Notes: generated by a model from the letters alone, not told the origin. A stretch of 64,000 bases of DNA from Planctomycetota bacterium (GCA_046290465.1 JBKAGP010000001.1:6240001-6304000), one strand, 5' to 3'; positions 39,461-49,531 are shown, counted from the first letter of the stretch. Translations and numbers: made by a program.

Positions 39461-39528
39461 CTCGATGGCCCGATGCCTCGATCAAGCCGGCCGTCAGGCC
39501 AGCCGGATGATGGTTCGGACCATTGAGT

Positions 39529-39617
39529 TGGTGCCCAGGAGAGGACTTGAACCTCCACGGGATTTTACTCCCACTAGGACCTGAACCTAGCGCGTCTGCC
39601 AATTCCGCCACCTGGGC
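39529..39617 (-). tRNA. tRNA-Leu (anticodon CAG)
   Basis: GCCCAGGTGGCGGAATTGGCAGACGCG, anticodon arm CTAGG-TTCAGGT-CCTAG, long variable arm, GGTTCAAGTCC and CCA. Confidence 0.95.
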
Positions 39618-39749
39618 AACAAGTGGGGACGGAGGACAGTAGCGGGGGGCGATCGCCATGCAAGGCCCATTCGCCGCTTTCCTTGCCGGTGCCTTCACCG
39701 CGTGCTTGCGCCGTCGCGGCCGATGCCGTAGCGAGGGGCGTTCGAAACG

Positions 39750-40226
39750 ATGGCCAAGAAGGCAAGCAAGCAGACCAAGACCGGCTCGAACGAGACCCTG
39801 GTGGGCGAGAACCGCAAGGCCCGGTTCGAGTACGAGATCCTCGACACCTTCGAGGCCGGCATGGTGCTGCGCGGCACCGAGGTCAAGACGCTGCGCCACG
39901 GCCATGTGACCCTCGGCGAGGCCTACGCGAAGTTCACGGCTGAGGAGCTGTGGCTGATCGGCTGCAACATCCCCGAGTACAGCCACGGCAACCTGCAGAA
40001 CCACGAACCGAAGCGCCGCCGCAAGCTGCTGCTCAAGAAGCAGGAGCTGAAGAAGCTCAAGGACCAGGCCCAGACCAAGGGCCTGACGTTGATTCCGCTG
40101 CGTATCTACTTCGGCGAGAAGGGCTACGCCAAGGTCACGATCGGCGTCGGCCGCGGCCGCAAGTCAAAGGACAAGCGACAGAACCTGAAGGAGAAGGAAG
40201 CGAAGCGCGAGATGCGCGACGTCTGA
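39750..40226 (+). CDS. smpB: SsrA-binding protein SmpB
   Basis: Motifs NRKARFEY, EAG.VL.GTEVK, RKLLL and GRGRK..DKR. Confidence 0.97.
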   Translation: MAKKASKQTKTGSNETLVGENRKARFEYEILDTFEAGMVLRGTEVKTLRHGHVTLGEAYAKFTAEELWLIGCNIPEYSHGNLQNHEPKRRRKLLLKKQELKKLKDQAQTKGLTLIPLRIYFGEKGYAKVTIGVGRGRKSKDKRQNLKEKEAKREMRDV

Positions 40227-40284
40227 GTCAGCGCGCCGTCTGAGTCTGGGCTACGTCTGAGTCCGGGCTACGTCTGAGCCGGGG
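40220..40284. repeat. 17-bp-period tandem repeat (cgtctgagtcYgggcta-like), 4 copies, starting at the smpB stop
   Basis: cgtctgag at 40220, 40237, 40254 and 40271. Confidence 0.9.
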
Positions 40285-40305
40285 CGTCGCGCCGCCCGAG
40301 GCCGT

Positions 40306-43296
40306 TCATCGCAGTTGCTGGCGCAGCAACGCGGTCGCCTCGCGGAACGCCGCGAACGGCTCTCCGGCCGCGACCTCGTGCAGCCGCTCGTGGCCGTGCC
40401 ACCCGTCGAGGATCCGTTCGACGTCGCCCTTCCGATAGCGCCCCGCCGCCAACCCGCGCGCGACCGCCGCGACCGCCTCGACCATGCGCTGCGGCAGTTC
40501 GTCGGTTGGAACCGCGCAGGCGTCCAGCAGCATGCCGCCGTGCTCGACCAGGCGCTCGGCGAGCAGCTGCACGTTCGGATCCAGCGCCTCGCCCTGCGGC
40601 TGCCACGACCACGCCGCCGACAGCGCGGTGTCGGCGCGGCCGAGGTAGGCGGCGCACGTGAGCACCGCGAGGTCGGCGGCGTGCACCGCGGCGGGGTCGT
40701 CGTTGAAGCCGCGCCGCGCAGTGGTGCGGATCCGGTAGGCGCGCTCCAGGGTCAGCATCGCCGCCTGCGGCAGCGGCCCGAGTGCGTCGCGCGGCGGCAT
40801 GCCGTCGCGGCGGGCGTCGAGCAGTTCGATGATCGCCAGCGTGCTGACCTGACGCGCGTAGTCGGCCAGCGGCTCGGGGGCGTCGAGTTCGATCGCGCGG
40901 TCGTAGAGGCGGCGCGCGGCGCGCCACTGGCCGAGGTCGAACCGGCACTGCGCGGCGACCAGCAGCGCGTCGGCGACGAGGTCCTGCGGCAAGGCGTCGC
41001 GCACGCTCCGCGCCATCAGCTCTTCGGCTTCGGTGCAGAGCGTGCGCAGCTGGGCGTCGAGCGCGGCGTCCCGCTCGCCCTCGACCAGCTCGTCCATCAG
41101 CCAGCTGACGCGGGCCCGGCGGGTCTGCAGGATGCCGGCCTCGAGGCCGGCGCGACGCACCGCGTCGGGGCCGTGTTCGAGGCCCTTCTCGAACAGCGCG
41201 ATGGCTTCGTCGAGTTCGTCGACGCTGACGGCGTCGTAGACCTTCACGTAGGCGGCCAGCCGCCAGTACTGGGGCAGCCGGCGGGTGCGTTCGGGCGCCG
41301 CCCGCCACCGCTGCCAGAACGCCTGTGGGTCGAGCTCGGACAGCACCTCGAGCTGTGCCGGATAGGCGAACTCGGCGAGCAGGGCATCGTCGGTGCGCCG
41401 CTCGCTCGCCTGTGCGATGTGTTGTCTGGCGGCGTCCGGTTCGCCGAGCATCGCCGCCAGGCGCGCCGCCGACCAGGTCGCGACCGGGCCGCAGACCGGG
41501 TCGTCGACCAGCTGCAGCGTCGACTCGTAGGCCTCGCGCCGACGGCCCTGCGCCTCGAGCGCGACCGAACGTGAGAACTCGTGCAGCGGCGTGCGGTCGG
41601 TGTCGACGCGGCGCAGCTCCGCCTCGATGGCTGCAGTGGACGCCCCGGCCAGCCGCAGCGCGATCGACGCCAGCAGATGGTCGTCGCGCCCGCCGGTCGC
41701 GTCGGTCGCCAGCAGCGCCGTGCGCGCGGCATCGGGGGTGCGTCGCGAGGCGAGCAAGGCGGCGGTGCGCGGCAGCGCCGCCCGCAGTTCGGCCGGCACC
41801 GCGACGGCGGCGGTGCGCCAGCGGAACAGCAGCAGGGCGGCTTCGCAGCGCGGACTGCGGGAGTCGGGATCCCGGGCCGCGCCGACCCGATCGCGCAGCG
41901 CCGCCAGCAGCTCCTGGCCGCAGAACTGCTGCGGCGCGGCGAGGCTCGCCAGCAGCAGCTGCAGGTCGCGTTCGCGCTGCCAGTCGCGGCGCAGCGAGCC
42001 ATGGGCGGCGTCGCTGTCGGGATGCTCGGCGAGGGTGTCGAGGTGGCGCGCGGCGGCGACCAGGTCGTCTCGCGCGAGCGCTCGCTCGACGCGCCCGGTG
42101 GCCTGCGCCAAGGCGCGCTGCGACGCCCCGATGGACGACACCGTCTGCGCGACCAGCGTCACCGCCAGGATCGCGATCAGCGTCAGCAGCGCGGTGGTCA
42201 CCGGGTGCTGCTGCGCCCGGCGCCAGCCGCGCAGCAGCAGGTGCGGCGGCCGCGTCAGGATCGGCTCGCCGGCGCGGAACCGCTGCAGTTCGTCGACCAG
42301 CTCGCGGCAGCTCTGGAAGCGCCGGTTGGGCGCCTTGTCCATCGCCTTGCCGATGATCGTCTCGAGGTCGCGTTCGCGGCCGCGGCGGCCGAGCGGCTTC
42401 GGTTCGTCGTGCAGGATCTGGTGCAGCGCGCGCACCGGGTTGCCCGGATCGAACGGCGGGTGGCCGGCGAGCAGTTCGTAGATGGTCGCGCCGACGCCGT
42501 AGACATCGGCGCGCGGATCGAGGTTGGACGCGCGGCGTCCGGCGACCTCGGGCGGCAGGTAGATCAGCGTGCCCGGCGTCGCGTTGGGTTGGGTCAGCAC
42601 GCTCTGCCGGTCGGCGAACGCCGCCAGGCCGAAGTCGACGACGAACGCGTGGCCGTGTTCGAGCACGATGTTCGCCGGCTTGACGTCGCGGTGCACGACG
42701 CCGACCTCGTGCGCTGCGTGCAGCGCCGAGGCGATCTCGATGCCGATGCGGGCCACCTGCTCCGCCGAGAACGGGCCCTCCTGGCGGTCCAGCGAGCGTC
42801 CGCGCAGCAGCTTCATCGCCAGGTAGACGTGCCCCTCGACCTCGCCGGCGGCGTAGACCGGCACGATGTGGGGGTGGTCGAGCGAGGCCGTGATCGACGC
42901 CTCGCGGGTGAACCGCAGCCGGCTGGTCGTGTTCTGGACCAGGTCGTCGCGCAGCACCTTGAGGGCGACCTCGCGGCCGAGCGGTTCCTGCCGGGCCCGG
43001 AACACGTGGCTCATGCCGCCGATGCCGATCGGCTCGAGCACCACGAAGTCGCCGACGCGCTCGGGGATCGCCGGCAGCGTGCGACGCGTCTTCTCGACGT
43101 CGGCGATGCACGCCTGCAGCAGGCTGCGCTCGCGCGCCAGCATGCGTTCGACCCGCGGGCGCAGCTCCGGCGCCTCGGCGCAGAGGGCGGCGAGGTCCGG
43201 CTCCTCGCCGTCGCAGACGGCGGCGTAGCAGGCCTCGAGGATGCCCTCGAGACGGGGGTCGTCGGGGAGACGGGGGGCGTCGGGCGCGTCGGTCAA
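40306..43296 (-). CDS. Transmembrane Hanks-type Ser/Thr kinase with a helical/TPR-like C-terminus
   Basis: IGIGGM, VALK, HRDVKPAN, DFGLA and GTLIYLPPE, then a TM helix. N-terminal helical extension. Confidence 0.9.
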   Translation of the reverse strand: MTDAPDAPRLPDDPRLEGILEACYAAVCDGEEPDLAALCAEAPELRPRVERMLARERSLLQACIADVEKTRRTLPAIPERVGDFVVLEPIGIGGMSHVFRARQEPLGREVALKVLRDDLVQNTTSRLRFTREASITASLDHPHIVPVYAAGEVEGHVYLAMKLLRGRSLDRQEGPFSAEQVARIGIEIASALHAAHEVGVVHRDVKPANIVLEHGHAFVVDFGLAAFADRQSVLTQPNATPGTLIYLPPEVAGRRASNLDPRADVYGVGATIYELLAGHPPFDPGNPVRALHQILHDEPKPLGRRGRERDLETIIGKAMDKAPNRRFQSCRELVDELQRFRAGEPILTRPPHLLLRGWRRAQQHPVTTALLTLIAILAVTLVAQTVSSIGASQRALAQATGRVERALARDDLVAAARHLDTLAEHPDSDAAHGSLRRDWQRERDLQLLLASLAAPQQFCGQELLAALRDRVGAARDPDSRSPRCEAALLLFRWRTAAVAVPAELRAALPRTAALLASRRTPDAARTALLATDATGGRDDHLLASIALRLAGASTAAIEAELRRVDTDRTPLHEFSRSVALEAQGRRREAYESTLQLVDDPVCGPVATWSAARLAAMLGEPDAARQHIAQASERRTDDALLAEFAYPAQLEVLSELDPQAFWQRWRAAPERTRRLPQYWRLAAYVKVYDAVSVDELDEAIALFEKGLEHGPDAVRRAGLEAGILQTRRARVSWLMDELVEGERDAALDAQLRTLCTEAEELMARSVRDALPQDLVADALLVAAQCRFDLGQWRAARRLYDRAIELDAPEPLADYARQVSTLAIIELLDARRDGMPPRDALGPLPQAAMLTLERAYRIRTTARRGFNDDPAAVHAADLAVLTCAAYLGRADTALSAAWSWQPQGEALDPNVQLLAERLVEHGGMLLDACAVPTDELPQRMVEAVAAVARGLAAGRYRKGDVERILDGWHGHERLHEVAAGEPFAAFREATALLRQQLR

Positions 43297-43333
43297 GCGA
43301 ACAGGCCTGGTTGGTGGTGGCGTGCGGCTGCCA

Positions 43334-44545
43334 TCACGGAAGACTGGGCGGCGCCGGGTTGGCCGGCACGGTGTACGGGACGATCCAGGCGCCGCCGTTG
43401 CCGCTGGCGCCGACCGGCGCCAGCACGGCTCCCGGTGCGCGTTCGTGCTCGAAGTAGACCTGGGTGCCGGGCGCGCAGTTGAGCGGCACGATGAAGATGC
43501 CCATGTTCGGCGCGAGCAGTTCGCCGGTGGGGCCGAGCGGGTTGGGTGTCTGCTGCACGGTCTGGATGCCGCCGCCGATCAGCGTGAAGTAGGCCGTGAC
43601 GCGGCTCGGCTGCTCGAGGCTGGCGATGTCGGTCGGGAACTGCACGTGCATCTCGCCGCCGAGCGGGCCGAAGTACCAGCGCTGCTGGTCGTCGACCGGG
43701 CTCGGCACGTGGCGCTCCGGGCCCTTGGCGAGCGCCCAGCCGGTGGTCTGCTGGCCGAGGCTGCGGCGACGGATGCGCACGTGGCGGCTGAGGCGGACGT
43801 CGATGTCGCCCTGCGGGTCGGGCTTCTTGATGTGGATCGCCTGCACGTAGATCTCGAAGCCGATCGACGAGTCCATCATGGTGTTGAGGATCGCGATCGA
43901 GTTCTCGTCGAGCGGCGGCGCGCCCGGCACCAGCGGCACGAACTCGTGCGCCGCCTGCAGCACCGACTCGCGGCCGAGGCCGGACGAGTAGAACTGTTCG
44001 ACGCCGTAGGTCGGGTTGGTGCTCCACGAGGAGTGCCACCACGGGTTGCGTTCGTCCGCCGGGCCGAGCGGGCTTGTGACCGTGGTGCCGTCCATCTCGT
44101 GGGTCTGCCAGGTCGTGCCGACCTCGTTGTCGGTGCCGTAGCCGGTCGGGTAGCCGAGACCGGTGAAGTGGTTGACGTAGTTGGCGATCCGGCGCGGCGG
44201 CACCATCGGCGCGAAGCCGGTGTAGGTGATGTTGCTGGCGGCCGCCAGGAACGTGTCGTCGAGCGTCCAGTTGGCCTTGGTCGGCTGCACCATGAACGGC
44301 AGCGCCGTGGTCAGGCCTTCGGCGACGACCGTGCCGCAGACGGTCTCGTCGACGGTGGTGTGCACCATCAGCAGCGTGAACTCGCCGGGCAGCTCGTCGT
44401 AGCGGATCGCGGCGTAGCCGGCCTCCGTCGTCTGCCCCCAGGTCATCGGGCTGTTGTCGAAGTCGGCGATCCGGAGTTCGTCCTGGGCGAGCAGGACGGA
44501 GGTGCCGGTGAGGAGCAGCAGGCCTGTAAGGGCAGGTCGCATCAT
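43334..44545 (-). CDS. Secreted hypothetical protein
   Basis: Signal peptide MMRPALTGLLLLTGTSVLLA; host-like codon usage; Thr/Pro/Trp-rich. Confidence 0.75.
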   Translation of the reverse strand: MMRPALTGLLLLTGTSVLLAQDELRIADFDNSPMTWGQTTEAGYAAIRYDELPGEFTLLMVHTTVDETVCGTVVAEGLTTALPFMVQPTKANWTLDDTFLAAASNITYTGFAPMVPPRRIANYVNHFTGLGYPTGYGTDNEVGTTWQTHEMDGTTVTSPLGPADERNPWWHSSWSTNPTYGVEQFYSSGLGRESVLQAAHEFVPLVPGAPPLDENSIAILNTMMDSSIGFEIYVQAIHIKKPDPQGDIDVRLSRHVRIRRRSLGQQTTGWALAKGPERHVPSPVDDQQRWYFGPLGGEMHVQFPTDIASLEQPSRVTAYFTLIGGGIQTVQQTPNPLGPTGELLAPNMGIFIVPLNCAPGTQVYFEHERAPGAVLAPVGASGNGGAWIVPYTVPANPAPPSLP

Positions 44546-44767
44546 GGTTCTCGGGTCTGGATGGATGCCGGCTCGGGACGAGGCGAGGTCCGCGCCGGTG
44601 CGTTCGGCGTCGAAAGGACGGCCGGGGCGAGCACCGTCACGCCGGAATCGTCAGGATTCGGGGATCGACTTGGCGGCAGGATAGCAGGGCCGGCCCGTCC
44701 GAGGGGGTGGCGACGGCCCGCGGGCGCCGCTGTGGCGGGCGGTACGGTAGGCTTGTCCGCATCGCAA

Positions 44768-45379
44768 ATGGCCGGGAACGATGAACCTACGGACTTCGCA
44801 CGCCTGCTGCAGGCGGCCAAGGACGGCGACGAGGACGCGCTGGCGCGGGTCCTGTCGATGACCGAGGCGCGGCTGCGCCGGGTCGTCGACCGTCGCCTCG
44901 GCGAAAAGCTGCGCGCGTCGCTGCGTCGCTCCGACGTGCTGCAGAACTCCTACCTGGCGATGCTCGACGCGCTGCCGCGCTTCGAGGGCGACTCGCCCGA
45001 CGACTTCGTCGCCTGGGTCGCGCGCATGATCGAGAACGACATCCGTCGCCAGCACCGCTGGTTCCAGGCCAACAAGCGCAAGGCGCCGACCCGCACGTCG
45101 CAGCAGAACCTGCTCGCCGGCATCCTGCTCGAGACGCCGCCGACGCCGAGCGCCGAGGTCAGCCGCAACGAGGAGCGCATCAAGGTGCGCGAGGCGCTGG
45201 CGCGACTCGAGCCCGACCACGCGCAGATCATCGAGCTGTCGGTGTTCGAGGAGCTGCCGCACCGCGAGATCGCCGAGCGCCTGGGCCGCACCGAGGGCGC
45301 CTGCCGGATGTTGCTGCTGCGCGCCCGGACCGCGCTGGCGCTGGAGCTCGAACGGCTGAGCGGCGACTCCGACGGCTGA
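44768..45379 (+). CDS. ECF RNA polymerase sigma factor, planctomycete-type
   Basis: Sigma2 region A..GDEDAL...SDVLQ...F.G....F.AW; sigma4 HTH EIAERLGRTEGA...L.RAR. Confidence 0.9.
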   Translation: MAGNDEPTDFARLLQAAKDGDEDALARVLSMTEARLRRVVDRRLGEKLRASLRRSDVLQNSYLAMLDALPRFEGDSPDDFVAWVARMIENDIRRQHRWFQANKRKAPTRTSQQNLLAGILLETPPTPSAEVSRNEERIKVREALARLEPDHAQIIELSVFEELPHREIAERLGRTEGACRMLLLRARTALALELERLSGDSDG

Positions 45380-45498
45380 GGGATTTTTCGCGACCCGGCG
45401 TGACGCCGCCGGCAGCGCCGGTCCTGCTCGTGGGAGGCGAACGCCGCGCACCCCGGGAGGTCCGGTCTGCGAGACGCGCGCTCGTCGCCGGAGAATCC

Positions 45499-48400
45499 AT
45501 GTCGCTCGCAAACACCCCCCGTTCTCTGGGACCGATCTGTCTCGGCCTGATGCTCGCTGCGCCCGTCGCGCTCTGCCAGGCGGACCCGCCGGCCGCGTAC
45601 GACACGCTGACCAACCCCAGCTCGTCCGCCACCAACTTCAACGTCGAGACGGTGCGCGGACTGCTGCTGCGCAACGACGGCCTCTACGCGCTCAACACGC
45701 ACGCCAGCCGCGTCGTCTTCCACGCCGACCTGACGACTCCCGGCTGGGAGCGTGAGTTCCCGACCGTGCACAACCCGGTCGCGATGGCCGAGTGGAACGG
45801 CCGCCTGCTGGTCGTCGGCGGCTCGACCTGGGGCCTCGCCGAGCACGACTTCCAGACCGGTCGCCTGCTGCGCTACGTCGAACTGCCGGCCGAGCCCGCC
45901 GACATCGTCGTCGACGCGGCCAACGACGAGGCCTACGTCGCGTGCCAGGGTGCCAACGTGGTCGCGCGCATCGACCTGGTGCAGTTCACCGAGAACGCCC
46001 GCTACCCGATCCCGTCGCAGCGGCCGCGGTTCCTGTTCTTCGACGAGCAGGCGGTGCCGCCGATGGTCTACGTGGCGCCGTTCCTGTCGGGCAACAACAC
46101 CACGCTCGACGTGCGCGTCGGGCCGCCGGTGTTCCCGATGGCCGACATGAACGCCCAGCGCAGCAAGGTCGTCGATCTCGACACGGTGCCCAACAGCGAC
46201 CTGCCCGACGAGGACCTGTTCCGCATCGACCCGAGCCTGCCGGTCGCGAGCGCGGTGACCCCGGTGCTGCACGGCGCCGGCACGCTGCTGGTCGAGCACG
46301 GCCGCAACCCGGCCACCGGCGACTACTGGATCGTGTCGACCGAGTCGCACAACGCCGCGCACAACAGCGAGGACCTGCACCGCGGCGTGTTCGCCAGCGC
46401 GCAGCTGGCGATCGCGTCGACGCTCGGCGGCCCGGGCCGGCCGACGCCGTCGTCGCTGGTCGACCTCGACGTGCCGGTCGGCGGCGGCCAGAAGGGCGTC
46501 AACACGACCATGTCGTCGCCGTTCGCGATGGCCTTCCACAGCTCGGGTCTGGCGGCGATCGCCAGCTCGACCAGCGACCTGATCACGTTCGTCGACGCGG
46601 CCGGCGTTCGCCTGTTCGACCTGCCGATCACGCAGCAGACGCACCCGACACAGCCGGCGATGCCGCCGCAGATCGGCCGCGCGATCCCGCGTGACCTCGT
46701 CTGGCACGAGCCGTCGAGCACGCTGACGGTCTACTGCTGGGGCTGGAACAAGGCGCTGGTCTACAACCTCGACCAGCTGGCGGTGGCGCCGTTCTGGCTC
46801 GACCTCGGGCCGGATCCGCAGCCGATCGCGGTGCAGCAGGGCCGTTCGATCTTCTACGACGCCAAGCGTCCGGTCGACGTCGACGCGCAGGGCCAGCCGT
46901 TCCCCGGCGCGGTGACCTGCAGCACCTGCCACCCGGCGGGCGGCATGGACCTGCTCGCGTGGGCGCTCAGCGATTCGATGAAGGACATCAAGGACCTGAT
47001 GGTCACGCAGTCGTTGCTGAGCATCTCGGACACGTTTCCGTACCACTGGCGCGGCGAACGCAACCTCGACCACTTCAACGGCGCGTTCGAGGGCCTGCTC
47101 GGCTTCCAGACGCCGCTCGACGAGACCCCCGGCGGGGAGCTCGACCAGTTCGAGGCGTTCGTGTTCTCGCTGCAGGCGCCGGCCAATCCGATCCAGAGCC
47201 CCAAGCGTGAGCTGAGCACGCTCGAAGCGCGGCAGGGCCAGGACGTGTTCCTCAACCAGGACGACGTGCTGTTCGGCTTCACCTGCAACGAGTGCCACCG
47301 GCTGCCGTCGGGCACCAACGGCGAGAACATCGCCGAGGTGTTCGTCAACATCGCCAGCACCGGCATCCTCGACGTCGCGCACCTGCGGCAGATGCAGCAC
47401 AAGGACCAGACGATGGTCAACGTGACCGTGCCGCTCGGCGACGGCTCCGGCTTCGTCACCGTGCCGCGCGCCCGCGGCGGCTTCGGCATCTCGCACAACG
47501 GCACCAACTTCGACATCGAGGACTTCCTGACGCCGGGCATCAACGGCGGCCCGTTCAACATCACGGTGGCCCAGCAGCAGCAGCTGACCGCGTTCATGCG
47601 TGAGATGGACCAGGGCATCGCGCCGGCGGCGCACCGTTCGTACCGCATCGACGCCGGCAACGTCGGCAGCGTCGCGGGCACCGTGCGCACGATCCTGCTC
47701 GACCAGGCGCAGAAGGGCTGGATCTCGGTCGCCGTGATCGGCAGCGAGGACCGCGCCGGCCAGCCGGTCGACCTCGCCTGGGCCTACGACCCGGTCACGC
47801 AGCTGTTCGTCTGCAGCAACCCCGGCGTCGGGTCGCGGACCTGGACGCAGTTCGTCGCCGCGATCACCGGCAACGCCAACTACCTGTTCGTCGGCCTGCC
47901 GCCGCAGAACGCACGCCGGTTCGCGCTCGATCCGGACGACGACGACCTGACCGACGCGCAGGAACTGGCGCAGGTGCCGGCGACCGATCCGCGCGATCGC
48001 GACAGCGACGACGACGGCTTCGACGACGGCTACGAGGTCTCGGTCTCGAGCCCGCCGACGATCGCCAACGTGCCGGTCGACAACACGCCGCCGCAGCTGC
48101 GCGCCGGCACGAACTTCGTGCAGGACCACAGCATGGCGACGTTCGCGAAGTACTTCGCCGAGTTCACCGAGCCGGTGACCTGGACGCTGGAGGCGCTGGA
48201 CATGAACCAGCAACCGCCGACGGTCGTCTCGATCACGCGCAGCACCGCGCTGCAGCGGATCGCGACGGTGCACATGCACGAGCTGATCTCGTCGACGCCG
48301 GCGCCCGGCGATACGCGCAACTATGCACCGCGGCTGACGATCACCGACCAGGCCGGCAACCCGACCACGATCGTCGGCGGCACCTTCGCCGCGGTCGAGC

Positions 48401-48963
48401 AGTTCGTGGTGCCCCCGCGGTTCGTCGTGCAGATCGGCGACCTTTCGCTGCAGAGTCCGATCGCGCGCACCCAGACCTCGATCGCGCTCAACGTCGACGT
48501 CAACGTCAAGTTCAAGGTCGAACTCAACGGCACCATCGACACGCCTGATCGGGTGGTCGTCGCGCACGTGCTGAAGCGACCGCAGGGCACCGACACCTGG
48601 ACCGTCAGCTCGCTGCCCGACGTCACCGGTTCGCAGCTGGTGCCGGGCTTCGACACGCGCTTCCAGGACGGTCAGGGGGTGGTGACGATCAACCCCTACA
48701 CGGCGCTGCCGGGGGACTTCCTGCTGTCGACTCTGACGGACGCCAACGGCAACGCCAGCTTCTCGTTCGCGCACCACAACCTGCAGCCGGGCGACGAGGT
48801 GCGGCTGTCGATCGTGGCCGTGCTCGAGCCGTCGCCGTCGCCGCTGGTCAACACCTTCGAGCTGGTCAGCATCTTCGACTGGGACCTGCCGCGCACGCCG
48901 AGCGGCCCGAGCCCGACGGTGCCGACGGCCAAGGACCTGCGCGGCCTGACGGTGACGTTCTGA
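45499..48963 (+). CDS. Secreted YVTN-like beta-propeller plus di-heme cytochrome c (peroxidase/MauG-like) protein
   Basis: Signal peptide, propeller blades, heme motifs CSTCH and CNECH, PYHWRG, and Asp-rich D.D.DG..D..E repeats. Confidence 0.8.
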   Translation: MSLANTPRSLGPICLGLMLAAPVALCQADPPAAYDTLTNPSSSATNFNVETVRGLLLRNDGLYALNTHASRVVFHADLTTPGWEREFPTVHNPVAMAEWNGRLLVVGGSTWGLAEHDFQTGRLLRYVELPAEPADIVVDAANDEAYVACQGANVVARIDLVQFTENARYPIPSQRPRFLFFDEQAVPPMVYVAPFLSGNNTTLDVRVGPPVFPMADMNAQRSKVVDLDTVPNSDLPDEDLFRIDPSLPVASAVTPVLHGAGTLLVEHGRNPATGDYWIVSTESHNAAHNSEDLHRGVFASAQLAIASTLGGPGRPTPSSLVDLDVPVGGGQKGVNTTMSSPFAMAFHSSGLAAIASSTSDLITFVDAAGVRLFDLPITQQTHPTQPAMPPQIGRAIPRDLVWHEPSSTLTVYCWGWNKALVYNLDQLAVAPFWLDLGPDPQPIAVQQGRSIFYDAKRPVDVDAQGQPFPGAVTCSTCHPAGGMDLLAWALSDSMKDIKDLMVTQSLLSISDTFPYHWRGERNLDHFNGAFEGLLGFQTPLDETPGGELDQFEAFVFSLQAPANPIQSPKRELSTLEARQGQDVFLNQDDVLFGFTCNECHRLPSGTNGENIAEVFVNIASTGILDVAHLRQMQHKDQTMVNVTVPLGDGSGFVTVPRARGGFGISHNGTNFDIEDFLTPGINGGPFNITVAQQQQLTAFMREMDQGIAPAAHRSYRIDAGNVGSVAGTVRTILLDQAQKGWISVAVIGSEDRAGQPVDLAWAYDPVTQLFVCSNPGVGSRTWTQFVAAITGNANYLFVGLPPQNARRFALDPDDDDLTDAQELAQVPATDPRDRDSDDDGFDDGYEVSVSSPPTIANVPVDNTPPQLRAGTNFVQDHSMATFAKYFAEFTEPVTWTLEALDMNQQPPTVVSITRSTALQRIATVHMHELISSTPAPGDTRNYAPRLTITDQAGNPTTIVGGTFAAVEQFVVPPRFVVQIGDLSLQSPIARTQTSIALNVDVNVKFKVELNGTIDTPDRVVVAHVLKRPQGTDTWTVSSLPDVTGSQLVPGFDTRFQDGQGVVTINPYTALPGDFLLSTLTDANGNASFSFAHHNLQPGDEVRLSIVAVLEPSPSPLVNTFELVSIFDWDLPRTPSGPSPTVPTAKDLRGLTVTF

Positions 48964-49014
48964 CGCGGTGGGCGCGGCGGCGAGCCGCGCCGGCTCGCGC
49001 CGCGCCCGAAGGCG

Positions 49015-49344
49015 CTACGACGCCGTTTCGCTGGCCAGGAAGCGGCGCAGCTCGGTCGTCGCGGACAGCACGCGCTGCAGCCGCCGCGTCTTGCTGTCCC
49101 CCGGTCGCAGCCGCGGCGCGGCGAGGCCCTCGAGGCTCGTCTTGAGGCTCTCGAGATGGCGTTCGAGTTCGCCGCGCCGCGGATGGCACTCGGCTTCGAG
49201 CTGGATGTAGGCGCAGCCCTGCAGGGCGTTGCGCAGGTCGTGTTCGACGGCCGGGCCGCCGGTCAGCACGTCGAACATCCGGCGAGCGAGATCGTCGATG
49301 GCGTCCAGGCAGTGGATGGCCGTGTTGGCGGACCTTGGGTTCAT
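49015..49344 (-). CDS. Small hypothetical protein, divergent from the XRE regulator
   Basis: 109-aa helical ORF starting MNPRSAN; start uncertain. Confidence 0.6.
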   Translation of the reverse strand: MNPRSANTAIHCLDAIDDLARRMFDVLTGGPAVEHDLRNALQGCAYIQLEAECHPRRGELERHLESLKTSLEGLAAPRLRPGDSKTRRLQRVLSATTELRRFLASETAS

Positions 49345-49483
49345 GTCGCTGCGTGAGCGGGTTGGCGAGTTTTCAGGATGAGGGGTCGCGACAAGGGGAC
49401 TCTCCTTCGTCCGCCTTTTCCGTCCGATCGACGTAGACCCCACTGTGCTCGTGCCGTGTCACGAAAACCAATCGGGATCCGCG

Positions 49484-49509
49484 GCGACCGGACAGATCTG
49501 TCCGGTCGC
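49484..49509. promoter_or_regulatory. Perfect 26-bp palindrome, putative operator 1
   Basis: gcgaccggacagatctgtccggtcgc, between the divergent 49344(-) and 49595(+) genes. Confidence 0.7.
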
Positions 49510-49531
49510 GGCCCCTGCCCAAGAAGCGTGC

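Noticed and set aside
44950..48777. Long antisense or alternative-frame ORFs (e.g. 44950-48777, 28194-31082, 7070-9379, 16295-18823, 58886-61486)
   Set aside because: These are shadow ORFs caused by high GC. They overlap well-supported genes and have Arg/Ala/Pro-rich, motif-free translations.
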